This document shows, one piece after another, positions 1-9,569 of a stretch of 64,000 nt of DNA (position 1 is its first letter; each line of letters starts with the position of its first letter). Position numbers and translations under genes: made by a program. The notes below the pieces were generated by a model. It searched no databases. It saw nothing but the letters and a program-made list of their open reading frames with translations, and was not told where the DNA came from. The stretch covers positions 3,040,001-3,104,000 of the forward strand of contig CBDHHL010000032.1 of the NCBI GenBank assembly GCA_965263355.1, in the 5' to 3' direction. The DNA is from Leptolyngbyaceae cyanobacterium. Lineage in GTDB: Bacteria > Cyanobacteriota > Cyanobacteriia > Phormidesmidales > Phormidesmidaceae.

Positions 1-331
1 CAACATAAAGTGAGAAACCTAGGTGTCCTAAAAAAGTACCGCCGGGAGTAAGGAAGTCCATCACGACTAAAAAGCTAACGATAATGCCATAGCGCACCAG
101 TTGACTTTGGAGGCGTTGTAATCGCTGTTGTTGGAAAAGGCGATGGTCTTCGGCTTGACCCTTCATGATTTGCCATTCTTGCTCAGCGGTTTGTAGGGTG
201 GCTGGGCTAATGTTGAGTTCTTCTGCAATTTCTAGCAGCTGTTGACGGGAGAGTTCGCCCGATTCGGTTTCCTGTGCGATCGCAATTTGCAAAATCCGCT
301 GAGCATCTTCCATTCGGTAGAGCTGTTCCAT
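1..331 (-). CDS. 2TM-domain-type cyanobacterial membrane protein (runs off the left edge)
   Basis: Hand translation from ATG at 331: MEQLYRMEDAQRILQIAIAQETESGELSRQQLLEIAEELNISPATLQTAEQEW...LVRYGIIVSFLVVMDFL. Open to position 1; absent from the ORF track because it is truncated. Confidence 0.75.
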   Translation of the reverse strand, partial: MEQLYRMEDAQRILQIAIAQETESGELSRQQLLEIAEELNISPATLQTAEQEWQIMKGQAEDHRLFQQQRLQRLQSQLVRYGIIVSFLVVMDFLTPGGTFLGHLGFSLYV

Positions 332-478
332 GGCGCTGCTGACTATCAGGGGGTAAGGAGGGCAATGCCCACTGGTCAACGGCAAGATTTACACCGAGGA
401 CCTATCCTAAGTTATAGATAATTTTATGGCGATTGAGCCAGGGGAATTGTCGGTCGGATAACCGTCATTGGGGGAATT

Positions 479-1279
479 GTGATGTCTTTGATCGAGCTAA
501 GTGGTTTGACCATTTACCCGATTAAATCAGCAGCGGGAATTGGTTTAGGTCAAGCCCAGATAACGATGCGGGGGATATTGCATGATCGGCGGTGGATGGT
601 GTGCGATCGCAATGGCAAATTTCTGACTCAGCGCCAAATGCCTAAAATGGCCCTTATTCAGGTCGGTCTTGGTGAGACGTTGCATTTAAGCATTGCGGGA
701 ACTGACTACTCTGCCATTGATGTGCCAACGGTGCCACCAGGATCTCAGTCTTTAAACGTAGATGTATGGGGCGATGACTGTGTAGCCTGGTCCATGGGCG
801 ATGAGGTGGCTCAGTGGCTGACTGCTTTTTTAGGTGTGGACGCACAGCTCGTTTATATGCCCGAGAGTACCCATCGTCCGATAGACCATGGGCGGTTTGA
901 GGCACCCAATAGCTTTGCTGATGCCTATCCGTTTTTGCTAATTTCCGAGGCCTCGTTAGCGGATTTGAATGGTCGTTTGGAGCAGCCGGTGCCCATGAAT
1001 CGATTTCGTCCTAACTTGGTCATCAAAGGATGTGAATCATTTGCTGAGGATGCCTGGAAGAAAATTAAAATTGGTGACATCTTGTTTGATGTGGCTAAAG
1101 CTTGCTCTCGCTGTTCTATTCCTGGGGTGGAGCAGGCTACGGGGGAACAAGGAAAGGAGCCGTTGACGACCCTGGCAACCTATCGCCGTTGGGACCATGC
1201 GATTTGGTTTGGGCAAAACTTAATTGCTCAGAATGAAGGGGTATTGAATATTGGCGATAAGGTCGAGATTTTGGCCTAG
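479..1279 (+). CDS. MOSC domain protein (YcbX/mARC-like)
   Basis: IYPIKS, DRRWM, FADAYP, RFRPNLVI, CSRC and FGQN motifs. ATG at 482 is the likely start. Confidence 0.9.
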   Translation: MMSLIELSGLTIYPIKSAAGIGLGQAQITMRGILHDRRWMVCDRNGKFLTQRQMPKMALIQVGLGETLHLSIAGTDYSAIDVPTVPPGSQSLNVDVWGDDCVAWSMGDEVAQWLTAFLGVDAQLVYMPESTHRPIDHGRFEAPNSFADAYPFLLISEASLADLNGRLEQPVPMNRFRPNLVIKGCESFAEDAWKKIKIGDILFDVAKACSRCSIPGVEQATGEQGKEPLTTLATYRRWDHAIWFGQNLIAQNEGVLNIGDKVEILA

Positions 1280-1292
1280 AAATAGGCAACAG

Positions 1293-1319
1293 GTAGGGGC
1301 GTTGCATGCAACGCCCCTA
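1293..1319 (+). repeat. GTAG-type REP-like palindrome
   Basis: gTAGGGGCGTTGCATGCAACGCCCCTA is a perfect 26-bp palindrome with a GTAG head, between convergent genes. Confidence 0.75.
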
Positions 1320-1349
1320 ACGATATTTGGCGTTACCGATGTTCGGGAA

Positions 1350-2471
1350 TTACCGATGCCGGTCCTTATTAATAGTGGATTTCTCTAAGCTCGGTAATTT
1401 GTGAGAGTTGCGATAGCTAGAGGGTGGTGATGAGTTCCTTCGACGCATGGAGGGCATCTGGGGGCTCTGGGCCATCAGTTCACCGACGATAACATTGAGC
1501 TGGTCACCGATCAGCATGACTAACGAGGTCAAAAATAACCAGAGCAGCAAGATAATGACTGCACCCAGGGTGCCGTAAACCTTGTTGTAGTTGCCAAAGT
1601 GAGACAAGTACATTTTGTAGGAGGCCGATATCAGCGCCCAGGACAAGGCAGCCAGCACTGCCCCTGGCATTAATGGTTTTCCACGGGTCCAGCGGCTGGG
1701 ACCAAAGCGATAGACAAAGGCAAATGCAGCAGACACAATACTCAGGGCCAAAGGCCAAGTCAATAGCCCCCAAATTTTAAGTACCCACTCGGCTACGGTC
1801 TGATCGCTTTGCTGGGCCAGGAGGTTGATGACAACGGCACTGATAAAGACTAGATAGCAAGCCATCAGGAGCAGCATAATGGTGCCGATGGTAATGCCAA
1901 TGGAAAGGATACGGGCTTTCCAAAAAGGGCGACGCTGTTGGGGAGGAATCTGATGAATTTCGTCAAGGGCACGCATGGCGGCGCTAATGGCCCCAGAAGA
2001 CGCCCATAGGGCAATCACAAAACTAACGGAAAATAGACCCCGATTACCTCCGTCAGTGACTTCATTGGCAAATCCTTGGATCAGCTCATTAACGGCTTCT
2101 GGTGCAATCTCACTCAAGCTCATGGCTAACCGCTGAAAGGTTTCCTCCACAGAGTTGACAAACCCAATGGCAGTAATCATGGCGAGAATTCCTGGAAATA
2201 GACCAAGCATGGCATTGTATGCCATTTCTGATGCTAGGCTTGGAAGCCGCCGTTTGAGGGTGGCGTGGACAACGGCTTTAACGGTGTGAAAATTGATGTA
2301 ACTTAGAAAACGGATAAATTCGATCGGCGAAAATGTGCGAGTCAGGCGTTGTAGGGGACGCTGTTCGCAATAGGTGGTATATAGCGTCTGACGCAGCTTA
2401 GAATGCAGCGGACCAGTTTCTCGTGCGGGAAATTTTGGCAAAACGTCTAGCCAATCAAAACAATTCTTCAA
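1350..2471 (-). CDS. YihY/BrkB family inner membrane protein
   Basis: ASEMAYNAMLGLFP, LWASSG, YRFGP and YNKVYGTLGAVIILLLWLF motifs; several TM helices. Start uncertain. Confidence 0.9.
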   Translation of the reverse strand: MKNCFDWLDVLPKFPARETGPLHSKLRQTLYTTYCEQRPLQRLTRTFSPIEFIRFLSYINFHTVKAVVHATLKRRLPSLASEMAYNAMLGLFPGILAMITAIGFVNSVEETFQRLAMSLSEIAPEAVNELIQGFANEVTDGGNRGLFSVSFVIALWASSGAISAAMRALDEIHQIPPQQRRPFWKARILSIGITIGTIMLLLMACYLVFISAVVINLLAQQSDQTVAEWVLKIWGLLTWPLALSIVSAAFAFVYRFGPSRWTRGKPLMPGAVLAALSWALISASYKMYLSHFGNYNKVYGTLGAVIILLLWLFLTSLVMLIGDQLNVIVGELMAQSPQMPSMRRRNSSPPSSYRNSHKLPSLEKSTINKDRHR

Positions 2472-2829
2472 AATACAGATTTCTATCTAGATGGCAAATA
2501 ACACACTTAGAAATCTTACGTTTTTAACCCTCAGCACCTATTTGTAACATACCCTTTTCCCTTAGACCGTTACGAACGAGTTGACGTCATTTTTTCTGAC
2601 CTTGATAAAGGTTGATGTTTTGATTCAAACTTTGTCCACACCCAGAACGGTCGTTTTTCCATAGACGAACTGACAGGGGTTAACTTGGACATGGTTTAGA
2701 CCATTTTCAAAACTCTAACTCTATATGGTGGGCGGCAATACCTACCTGAGGGCAGGGGGAACACCGATCATGGCATTGTTGGGGTTTTGCCTAGAATGCA
2801 AACAGGCGCACATTTAGGAGTCTGGGCTT

Positions 2830-5436
2830 ATGCAACCATCAAATCCTAATCAGTTTACTGAGAAAGCATGGGCTGCGATCGCAGCGACCACCGATTTGGC
2901 CAAACAGTGGCAGCATCAGCAACTTGAAACTGAACATTTGATGTTGGCCCTCTTGGAGCAGGATGGCTTAGCTGGCCGGATTTTGCAAAAGGCTGGAGCT
3001 GATGTCGAGCAACTGCGTAGTGCGACGGAAGCATTTTTACGTAAACAGCCCCAGGTAAAGGGTCAAAGCGACAACCTATATTTAGGTCGTTCTCTGAATA
3101 CCCTGTTGGATCATGCGGAGACAGATCGCAAAGCGTTTGAAGACGATTACATCTCTATTGAACATTTACTACTGGGGTATCCGGAAGATACCCGCTTTGG
3201 TAAATCCCTGCTGCGGGAGGCGGGTATCAACGCCAAGCAGCTCAAAACTGCTGTTAAACAAGTACGAGGCCATCAAAAGGTGACCGATCAAAACCCTGAA
3301 GGTAAATACGAAGCGCTAGAGAAATATGGGCGTGACCTGACTGAATATGCTCGCGAAGGTCGATTGGATCCGGTGATTGGTCGCGATGATGAAATTCGTC
3401 GGACGATTCAAATTTTGTCTCGTCGGACTAAAAATAATCCGGTGCTGATTGGTGAGCCCGGTGTTGGTAAGACGGCTATTGCGGAGGGCATGGCCCAGCG
3501 GATTATTAATAATGATGTGCCCCAGTCGCTGCGCGATCGCAAACTGATCGCCCTAGATATGGGGGCTCTCATTGCCGGTGCCAAATATCGTGGTGAATTT
3601 GAAGAGCGCTTAAAAGCCGTACTCAAAGAAGTGACTGATTCCCAGGGACAGATTATTCTCTTTATTGACGAAATTCACACTGTTGTGGGTGCGGGAGCCA
3701 CCCAGGGGGCTATGGATGCCGGTAACCTGCTGAAGCCGATGTTGGCTCGGGGGGAACTGCGCTGTATTGGGGCAACCACATTAGATGAATACCGCCAGTA
3801 CATTGAAAAGGATGCTGCGTTGGAGCGTCGTTTTCAACAGGTCTACATTGATCAGCCCACAGTGCCGGATACGATTTCCATCCTGCGGGGTCTGAAGGAA
3901 CGCTATGAGCTGCACCATGGTGTCACCATTGCGGACAATGCGCTGGTGGCAGCGGCAACTTTGTCAACCCGGTATATTAGCGATCGCTTTTTGCCTGACA
4001 AAGCCATTGACTTGGTGGATGAAGCAGCCGCTAAGTTGAAAATGGAGATCACATCCAAGCCAGAAGAGTTGGATGAAGTAGATCGCAAAATTTTGCAGCT
4101 AGAAATGGAGCGTTTGTCGCTTAAAAATGAAACCGATGCCGGATCGATTGAACGATTGGCTCGGTTAGAAAGAGAACTTGCTAACTTGAAAGAAGAACAA
4201 AGTTCACTGAATGCCCAATGGCAATCCGAGAAAGACGGTATCGATCAAATTCAGGTAATTAAGGAAGAGATTGATAAAGTCAATATCGAAATTGCCCAGG
4301 CTGAGCGAGACTACGACTATAATCGTGCGGCTGAGCTGAAGTATGGCAAGTTGAATGAGTTACAGGAAAAAGTCTCTCAGGCAGAAAAGCGACTGGCTGA
4401 ATCTCAGTCTAGTGGTAAAACTCTGTTGCGAGAAGAAGTAACAGAAGAAGACATTGCTGAAATTATCTCTAAATGGACCGGTATTCCGATCAGCAAGCTG
4501 GTGCAGTCAGAAATGCAAAAGCTGTTGTTGTTAGAGGATGAGCTACACCAGCGGGTAATTGGTCAGGATGAAGCAGTGACGGCAGTGGCTGATGCCATCC
4601 AGCGCTCACGGGCGGGTCTGGCCGATCCCAATCGGCCTACGGCCAGCTTTATTTTCTTAGGTCCCACAGGGGTGGGTAAAACTGAGCTGGCGAAAGCGTT
4701 GGCGAGCTATCTGTTTGATACTGAAGAGGCGATTGTCCGTATTGATATGTCGGAGTACATGGAGAAACATGCGGTCTCTCGTTTAATCGGTGCACCTCCA
4801 GGATATGTCGGCTATGATGAGGGTGGTCAGCTGACCGAAGCACTGCGTCGTCGTCCGTACTCAGTCATTCTCTTTGATGAGATCGAGAAAGCCCATCCCG
4901 ATGTATTTAACATTATGTTACAGATTCTCGATGATGGTCGGGTGACGGATGCTCAAGGTCGCACCGTCGACTTTAAGAATTCGGTGATCATTATGACCAG
5001 CAACATTGGCTCCCAGTTTATTCTCGATGTAGCGGGTGATGATAGTCGCTATGAGGAGATGCGCAGCCGGGTAATGGATTCGCTGCGTTCTAACTTTCGG
5101 CCTGAGTTTCTGAACCGGGTGGATGAGATGATTATCTTCCATAGTTTGCAGAAGTCTCAGTTGCGGGAGATTGTTAAACTGCAGGCTAAGGCTTTGGAGA
5201 AACGGTTGGCGGACCAGAAGATTGGCTTGTCGTTGTCGGAGGCAGCGTTAGACTTTCTGGCGGATGTGGGCTATGACCCGGTATATGGGGCAAGGCCATT
5301 GAAGCGAGCGATTCAGCGAGAGTTGGAGACTGCGATCGCAAAAGGTATTCTCCGAGGAGACTACAAAAGCAGCGATACAATTACCGTGGATGTGGAAAAT
5401 GAGCGACTGGTCTTTAAAGTGGCAGCAATAGTTTAG
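2830..5436 (+). CDS. clpB: ATP-dependent chaperone ClpB
   Basis: Clp N domain, two AAA+ modules ([16 protein letters not shown]), coiled-coil middle domain, GARPLKR; 868 aa. Confidence 0.97.
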   Translation: MQPSNPNQFTEKAWAAIAATTDLAKQWQHQQLETEHLMLALLEQDGLAGRILQKAGADVEQLRSATEAFLRKQPQVKGQSDNLYLGRSLNTLLDHAETDRKAFEDDYISIEHLLLGYPEDTRFGKSLLREAGINAKQLKTAVKQVRGHQKVTDQNPEGKYEALEKYGRDLTEYAREGRLDPVIGRDDEIRRTIQILSRRTKNNPVLIGEPGVGKTAIAEGMAQRIINNDVPQSLRDRKLIALDMGALIAGAKYRGEFEERLKAVLKEVTDSQGQIILFIDEIHTVVGAGATQGAMDAGNLLKPMLARGELRCIGATTLDEYRQYIEKDAALERRFQQVYIDQPTVPDTISILRGLKERYELHHGVTIADNALVAAATLSTRYISDRFLPDKAIDLVDEAAAKLKMEITSKPEELDEVDRKILQLEMERLSLKNETDAGSIERLARLERELANLKEEQSSLNAQWQSEKDGIDQIQVIKEEIDKVNIEIAQAERDYDYNRAAELKYGKLNELQEKVSQAEKRLAESQSSGKTLLREEVTEEDIAEIISKWTGIPISKLVQSEMQKLLLLEDELHQRVIGQDEAVTAVADAIQRSRAGLADPNRPTASFIFLGPTGVGKTELAKALASYLFDTEEAIVRIDMSEYMEKHAVSRLIGAPPGYVGYDEGGQLTEALRRRPYSVILFDEIEKAHPDVFNIMLQILDDGRVTDAQGRTVDFKNSVIIMTSNIGSQFILDVAGDDSRYEEMRSRVMDSLRSNFRPEFLNRVDEMIIFHSLQKSQLREIVKLQAKALEKRLADQKIGLSLSEAALDFLADVGYDPVYGARPLKRAIQRELETAIAKGILRGDYKSSDTITVDVENERLVFKVAAIV

Positions 5437-5549
5437 ACGAAAGTTTCAAGTCTTGATTAACACTGGCATTTAAGGAACTCACCCCCTTGAAGAACGTCCT
5501 TGGGCAGAAGGGGGTACGAGTTTCCAGTAGTTTTATGTCAGTGTAATTC

Positions 5550-6697
5550 ATGCGTATTTATACTACATTTCAATCCTTCGCTGCAGCGTCCCTCGGTCTT
5601 ACCGTTCTAACTACAGGAACGGCACAGGCTGCTTCATTTCAAGATTAGGTGAAATTGACTTTCCCGGTTTTGTGTCAGAACTGTTTGTTCTAGATATTTC
5701 TGCAGACGGTTCAACGGTTGGTGGTAGCCTTGGTAATCCAACTGGTCGAGGTCTTGAAGGGTTTATTTGGCGAGACTCCACGGGCCTGGAACGTAGCTTT
5801 GATCCTGTGAGTTCAATTTCAGCCGATGGCTCTATGACTGCTTTTGCCGGTTCTTTTACAGTGGGTTCCAGACCTGATTACATCTCAGGAGATGGAACGG
5901 TAACTGTACGAACAGAAGGCGCAGAAGATCGTGGTGGTCCAGGTTATACTACCGTAGTAGTATCAAATTTTGGAGACATTGGTGGTGTACCAGGAAAAGA
6001 ATACCTCACATTTGCTCGCGATATTTCCACCGACGGCTCTACAGTCGTAGGGGTTAGTGGTACAGTCAGCTCTGCCAACGCTGCCAATGTTAATGGTAAC
6101 TGGTATGAGTATCCCGTGTCTGTTGACGCCGAAGCCTTTGTCTGGAATCCTGAGCAGGGCATTATGGGGCTTGGCGATCTGTCGGGTGGTAGCATTTTCA
6201 GTGCGGCTTATGGTGTTTCAGCTGATGGGTCTACTGTGGTTGGTCAGAGTAGTTCTGCTAATGGGACAGAAGCCTTTGTCTGGACTGCTGGGAGTGGTAT
6301 GGTCGGTCTTGGCGATTTAGCAGGTGGTGTTTTCGCTAGCTTGGCAGAGGATGCCTCAGCCGATGGTAAGAGCATTGTGGGCTTTGCCACAACCGATGAA
6401 GGTGAGATTCCTTTTCTATGGACTGAAGAGGATGGTATGCGCTCGATGCAGCAATTGTTGATGGATGATTTTGCGTTAGATTTAACAGGTTGGAAATTAA
6501 CTGGCAGAAGTGTTATCTCAGACGATGGTCTGACGGTGGCTGGTCAGGGGATTAATCCTAATGGTAAGTCGGAAGCCTGGATCGCTCGCTTAGATATGCC
6601 CTCTGAGCCAACGGCAGAGTCTGTGCCAGAGCCTGGTAGTTTAATGGGGCTGATGGCGATAGTGGGTATTGGTTTCGGTCTCAAGCGAAAGTGCTAA
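5550..6697 (+). pseudogene. PEP-CTERM, HAF-repeat-type secreted protein, frameshifted just after the signal peptide
   Basis: ATG 5550 gives MRIYTTFQSFAAASLGLTVLTTGTAQAASFQD* (stop at 5648). One extra base near 5643 would give AASFQGLG as in the neighbouring paralogue and join ORF 5672-6697 (xSADGSTVVG repeats, VPEPGS-TM-KRK tail). Confidence 0.8.
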
Positions 6698-6965
6698 CTT
6701 AATGCGAGACACGTGACCCAGCAAAGAATACGGAATGTGGAAAATTCCCTTTTGACTTCCGTATTCTGGGCAGGCCAGCATAATACAGAAGAAGGCTTTT
6801 TAACATAAAGTATCGGATTTTTCATCGAAAACTCCCTGAATTCGGCAATTTATCCTGACGTTTCTGCGGCTGAAACTATTATTTCTGACCGTCGTCTTGC
6901 GTCATAAGAATGGGGATGCAATTTCGGTGTTTTAGACATTTTCAAGTAAAGTGCATATCCGTGGT

Positions 6966-8069
6966 ATGAAATTATACGCTTTGGCCATTGCAACTCTTGG
7001 CCTGATGGAACTGACTGCCGGTGCTGCTAATGCAGCATCATTTCAAGGTCTCGGTAATGATGACCCTTTTTCAAATGTTACGGTTTTAGATATTTCCCCA
7101 GACGGTTCAACTGTTGGCGGAAGTATCGGTTCTCCATTTTCTCCATTGTCCAGTGGCTTTCTGTGGACAGAATCGACAGGGTTTACGTCTGTTAGTAGTC
7201 CTGTAACCTCCATCTCAGCTGATGGTTCTGACTTTGCTGTTGCCGATATTTTTCAAGCTGGTGTTAGGCCTGTCTTTATTTCTGGCGATGGTTCTGTGGT
7301 TGTCCGAGAAACAGGTGGTTCAACAGATCGTGGCGAGCCTGCTGATACGCCTTCCTTTATTGTGTTGCCGGGTGTTGGCGACATTGGTGACTTGCCGGGA
7401 GGTAGCCGAACCGTATCTCCCACTGGACTCTCAACTGATGGTTCTACCATAATTGGTACGAGCGGTTCCGACAATGGCCGTGAAGGCTTTGTCTGGAGAG
7501 AGGACACCGGCATTCTTGCACTTAGCGAGTTAACAGGTAATTTTCGCGATATTCCATTAGATGTCTCGGCAGATGGCGATGCTATTGTGGGTGAGCAGGC
7601 AGGCTCTGGCCTAGCATTTCTTTGGACAGCAGATAATGGTCGAGTAGATATTGTTCCTAGTGGTTCATCTAGGGGCATAGATGGTCTGAGTGCTAACAGT
7701 GTCTCGGCGGACGGTCAAACTGTCCTAGGCTCAACGTCGTTTGACGCTCTATTCCTGCCTGGGCAGCCCTCGATTCCTTTTATTTGGACAGAGGCTGAGG
7801 GCACTCGTGAGCTGCAGGGCTATTTAACCACCGATTTTGGTCTAGATCTAACCGGTTGGCAGCTTACTGGCGAGAGTTTTATCTCTGATGATGGTTTGAC
7901 TATTGCTGGTCAGGGAACTAACCCAGACGGTGAACCCGAGGCGTGGATTGCTCGTTTGGATATGCCTGGCGAGCCTAGTCAGGCTGTACCTGAACCGGGC
8001 AGTTTGCTGGGTCTAGCGCTGTTGGGTGGTCTTGGTTTGAAGCTCAAGACAAGAAATGCTGCTAGCTAG
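6966..8069 (+). CDS. PEP-CTERM, HAF-repeat-type secreted protein
   Basis: Signal peptide MKLYALAIATLG...ANA-ASFQGLG, repeated SADG motifs, C-terminal VPEPGSLLGLALLGGLGLKLKTR. Tandem paralogue of the upstream gene. Confidence 0.88.
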   Translation: MKLYALAIATLGLMELTAGAANAASFQGLGNDDPFSNVTVLDISPDGSTVGGSIGSPFSPLSSGFLWTESTGFTSVSSPVTSISADGSDFAVADIFQAGVRPVFISGDGSVVVRETGGSTDRGEPADTPSFIVLPGVGDIGDLPGGSRTVSPTGLSTDGSTIIGTSGSDNGREGFVWREDTGILALSELTGNFRDIPLDVSADGDAIVGEQAGSGLAFLWTADNGRVDIVPSGSSRGIDGLSANSVSADGQTVLGSTSFDALFLPGQPSIPFIWTEAEGTRELQGYLTTDFGLDLTGWQLTGESFISDDGLTIAGQGTNPDGEPEAWIARLDMPGEPSQAVPEPGSLLGLALLGGLGLKLKTRNAAS

Positions 8070-8140
8070 GTTTAGTGGCTGGGATTGATACGGGCTAAGG
8101 CTAAATCATAAATGTTAAGAGTCTTAGCGTACATCATAGG

Positions 8141-8198
8141 GTCGGAGTGTTTGGTAGAGGGATTTTTCTCTATGTCAGGCGCTCCGATACTAGTTTTT
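8141..8198 (+). terminator. Long G-U-rich hairpin followed by a T tract
   Basis: gtcggagtgtttgg..tagag pairs with ctcta..tcaggcgctccgat using G-U pairs, followed by agttttt. Confidence 0.45.
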
Positions 8199-8261
8199 GG
8201 GTTGACTGATGTCTCGCTAAACGTTGCTGCAGCTGGTGACGTGTCGTTTAAGCAGATCTAG

Positions 8262-8316
8262 GCGTCCACTTCGACTGTGCTCAGTGGACGCGACTTTGAC
8301 TGGGCTCAGTGGACGC
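8262..8316. repeat. Palindromic repeat with TCGACTNYGCTC loop (one full and one partial copy)
   Basis: gcgtccact-tcgactgtgctc-agtggacgc, then actttgactgggctcagtggacgc. The same loop recurs at 58940-58967. Confidence 0.65.
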
Positions 8317-8428
8317 TGATTAGTGTGTGTGGCGGAGCCACTGGGTATATTCACAGACTAGGCCGGATTGCTATCATGGCCAGCTAAACTGTAGATGTCG
8401 CTGCTTCTGGTGTGGAGAAAATTACACG

Positions 8429-9067
8429 ATGACTAGAGCGCCAATCCTTGACCCAACTAAGGACTATACATTTAGCAAGTATGCAGAACTGCCCTTTGAT
8501 GCGGCTGATATTCTGGCAGAGTTTGGTGTCACACTGAAGAATAGCGCACTGGATTTACCACAGCAGCTACCGTTAGATCCATCTAGTCTCAAGACAGAAC
8601 TGCAAGAGAATTTAACCTTTGTCGATCCGTCTTCAGAGATTGCCCGACGAGAAGCACTGATTTTTCCCGTATTGAGAACGGGATGTAAGTCAATTCAAGC
8701 ACCTCTAAAGATTGAATATCCAGTGCGTGTAAATTCTAAACTCAAAGGTAATTTAAACTATCTAATTCCAGCTGCTCAAAATTTGTTGGTCATTGAAGCA
8801 AAGAATGCAGACCTATCGCGGGGATTTACTCAGTTAGCTGTGGAACTAATCGCACTGGACCAGTGGACTGATGCAATCAACCCTATACTCTATGGAACAG
8901 TGACTACTGGGGATACATGGAAGTTTGGCTTGTTTGAACGTGAAGCCAAGGTGGTGCAAAAGGATATGAATATCGATGCGGTGCCTCATGATTTAGAGCA
9001 GGTGCTGTCTATTTTGTTTGGGATTACCCTGGGTAAGGAAGATGGGGGGCTGGATTTGTTGGATTGA
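8429..9067 (+). CDS. Conserved cyanobacterial protein, probable restriction-endonuclease-like fold
   Basis: MTRAPILDPTKDYTFSKY...SEIARREALIFPVL...IEYP...LLVIEAK...GFTQLAVELIALDQW...GTVTTGDTWKF. ATG at 8429 preferred over the GTG at 8327. Confidence 0.7.
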   Translation: MTRAPILDPTKDYTFSKYAELPFDAADILAEFGVTLKNSALDLPQQLPLDPSSLKTELQENLTFVDPSSEIARREALIFPVLRTGCKSIQAPLKIEYPVRVNSKLKGNLNYLIPAAQNLLVIEAKNADLSRGFTQLAVELIALDQWTDAINPILYGTVTTGDTWKFGLFEREAKVVQKDMNIDAVPHDLEQVLSILFGITLGKEDGGLDLLD

Positions 9068-9428
9068 TGCAGTTGTGCCGTAGGTTGGGTTGCCCCTTTT
9101 CTGGATGTTTGCATCCTGTCGTGGAACATATGTAACCCAACAATTGGAAAATGTGGGTGTTGGATTTGTTGGGTTGGTTAGGGGTGGGTGTGGTGGCGAA
9201 AGTTTTGGTTTGGTGGCAACTTTGTTTGGGATTACCCTGGGTAAGGAAGATAGGGGGCTGGATTTGTTGGGTTGATGCAGTTGTGCCGTAGGTTGGGTTG
9301 CCCCTTTTCTGGATGTTTGCATCCTGTCGTGGAACATATGTAACCCAACAATTGGAAAATGTGGGTGTTGGATTTGTTGGGTTGGTTAGGGGTGGATGTG
9401 GTGGCGAAAGTTTTGGTTTGGTGGCAAC
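9013..9428. repeat. 208-bp tandem duplication (9013-9220 and 9221-9428)
   Basis: The two copies differ by 3 substitutions. The unit is the 3' end of the upstream CDS plus most of a REP doublet. Confidence 0.95.
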
Positions 9429-9438
9429 CCAACCTACG
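9287..9438. mobile_element. REPIN/MITE-like element with 16-bp perfect terminal inverted repeats
   Basis: cgtaggttgggttgcc ... ggcaacccaacctacg, with inner aacccaac/gttgggtt arms (GTAG REP doublet). A truncated copy lies at 9079-9220. Confidence 0.7.
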
Positions 9439-9510
9439 TTTTGGGGATCGAATACGATTTGGTGATGTGAATTTTGGTGATGGAATTTTGGATGGGGCTA
9501 TCAATGTCGG

Positions 9511-9555
9511 AGGGCAATCATAAGGGATTGTTTCGCAATCCCCGATTGCCCCTAC
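9511..9555 (-). repeat. GTAG-type REP-like hairpin
   Basis: Minus strand reads GTAGGGGCAATC-GGGGATTGCGAAACAATCCCTTAT-GATTGCCCT, with nested stems. Confidence 0.6.
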
Positions 9556-9569
9556 AATAACAAATCCCG

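Noticed and set aside
9013..9428. Possible CRISPR array or assembly artefact
   Set aside because: Only two long units with no spacers; three substitutions between the copies argue against a simple artefact.
8993..9504. ORFs 8993-9337(-), 9090-9275(+) and 9232-9504(-)
   Set aside because: These are translations of the REP-containing duplication, low complexity, with no protein motifs.
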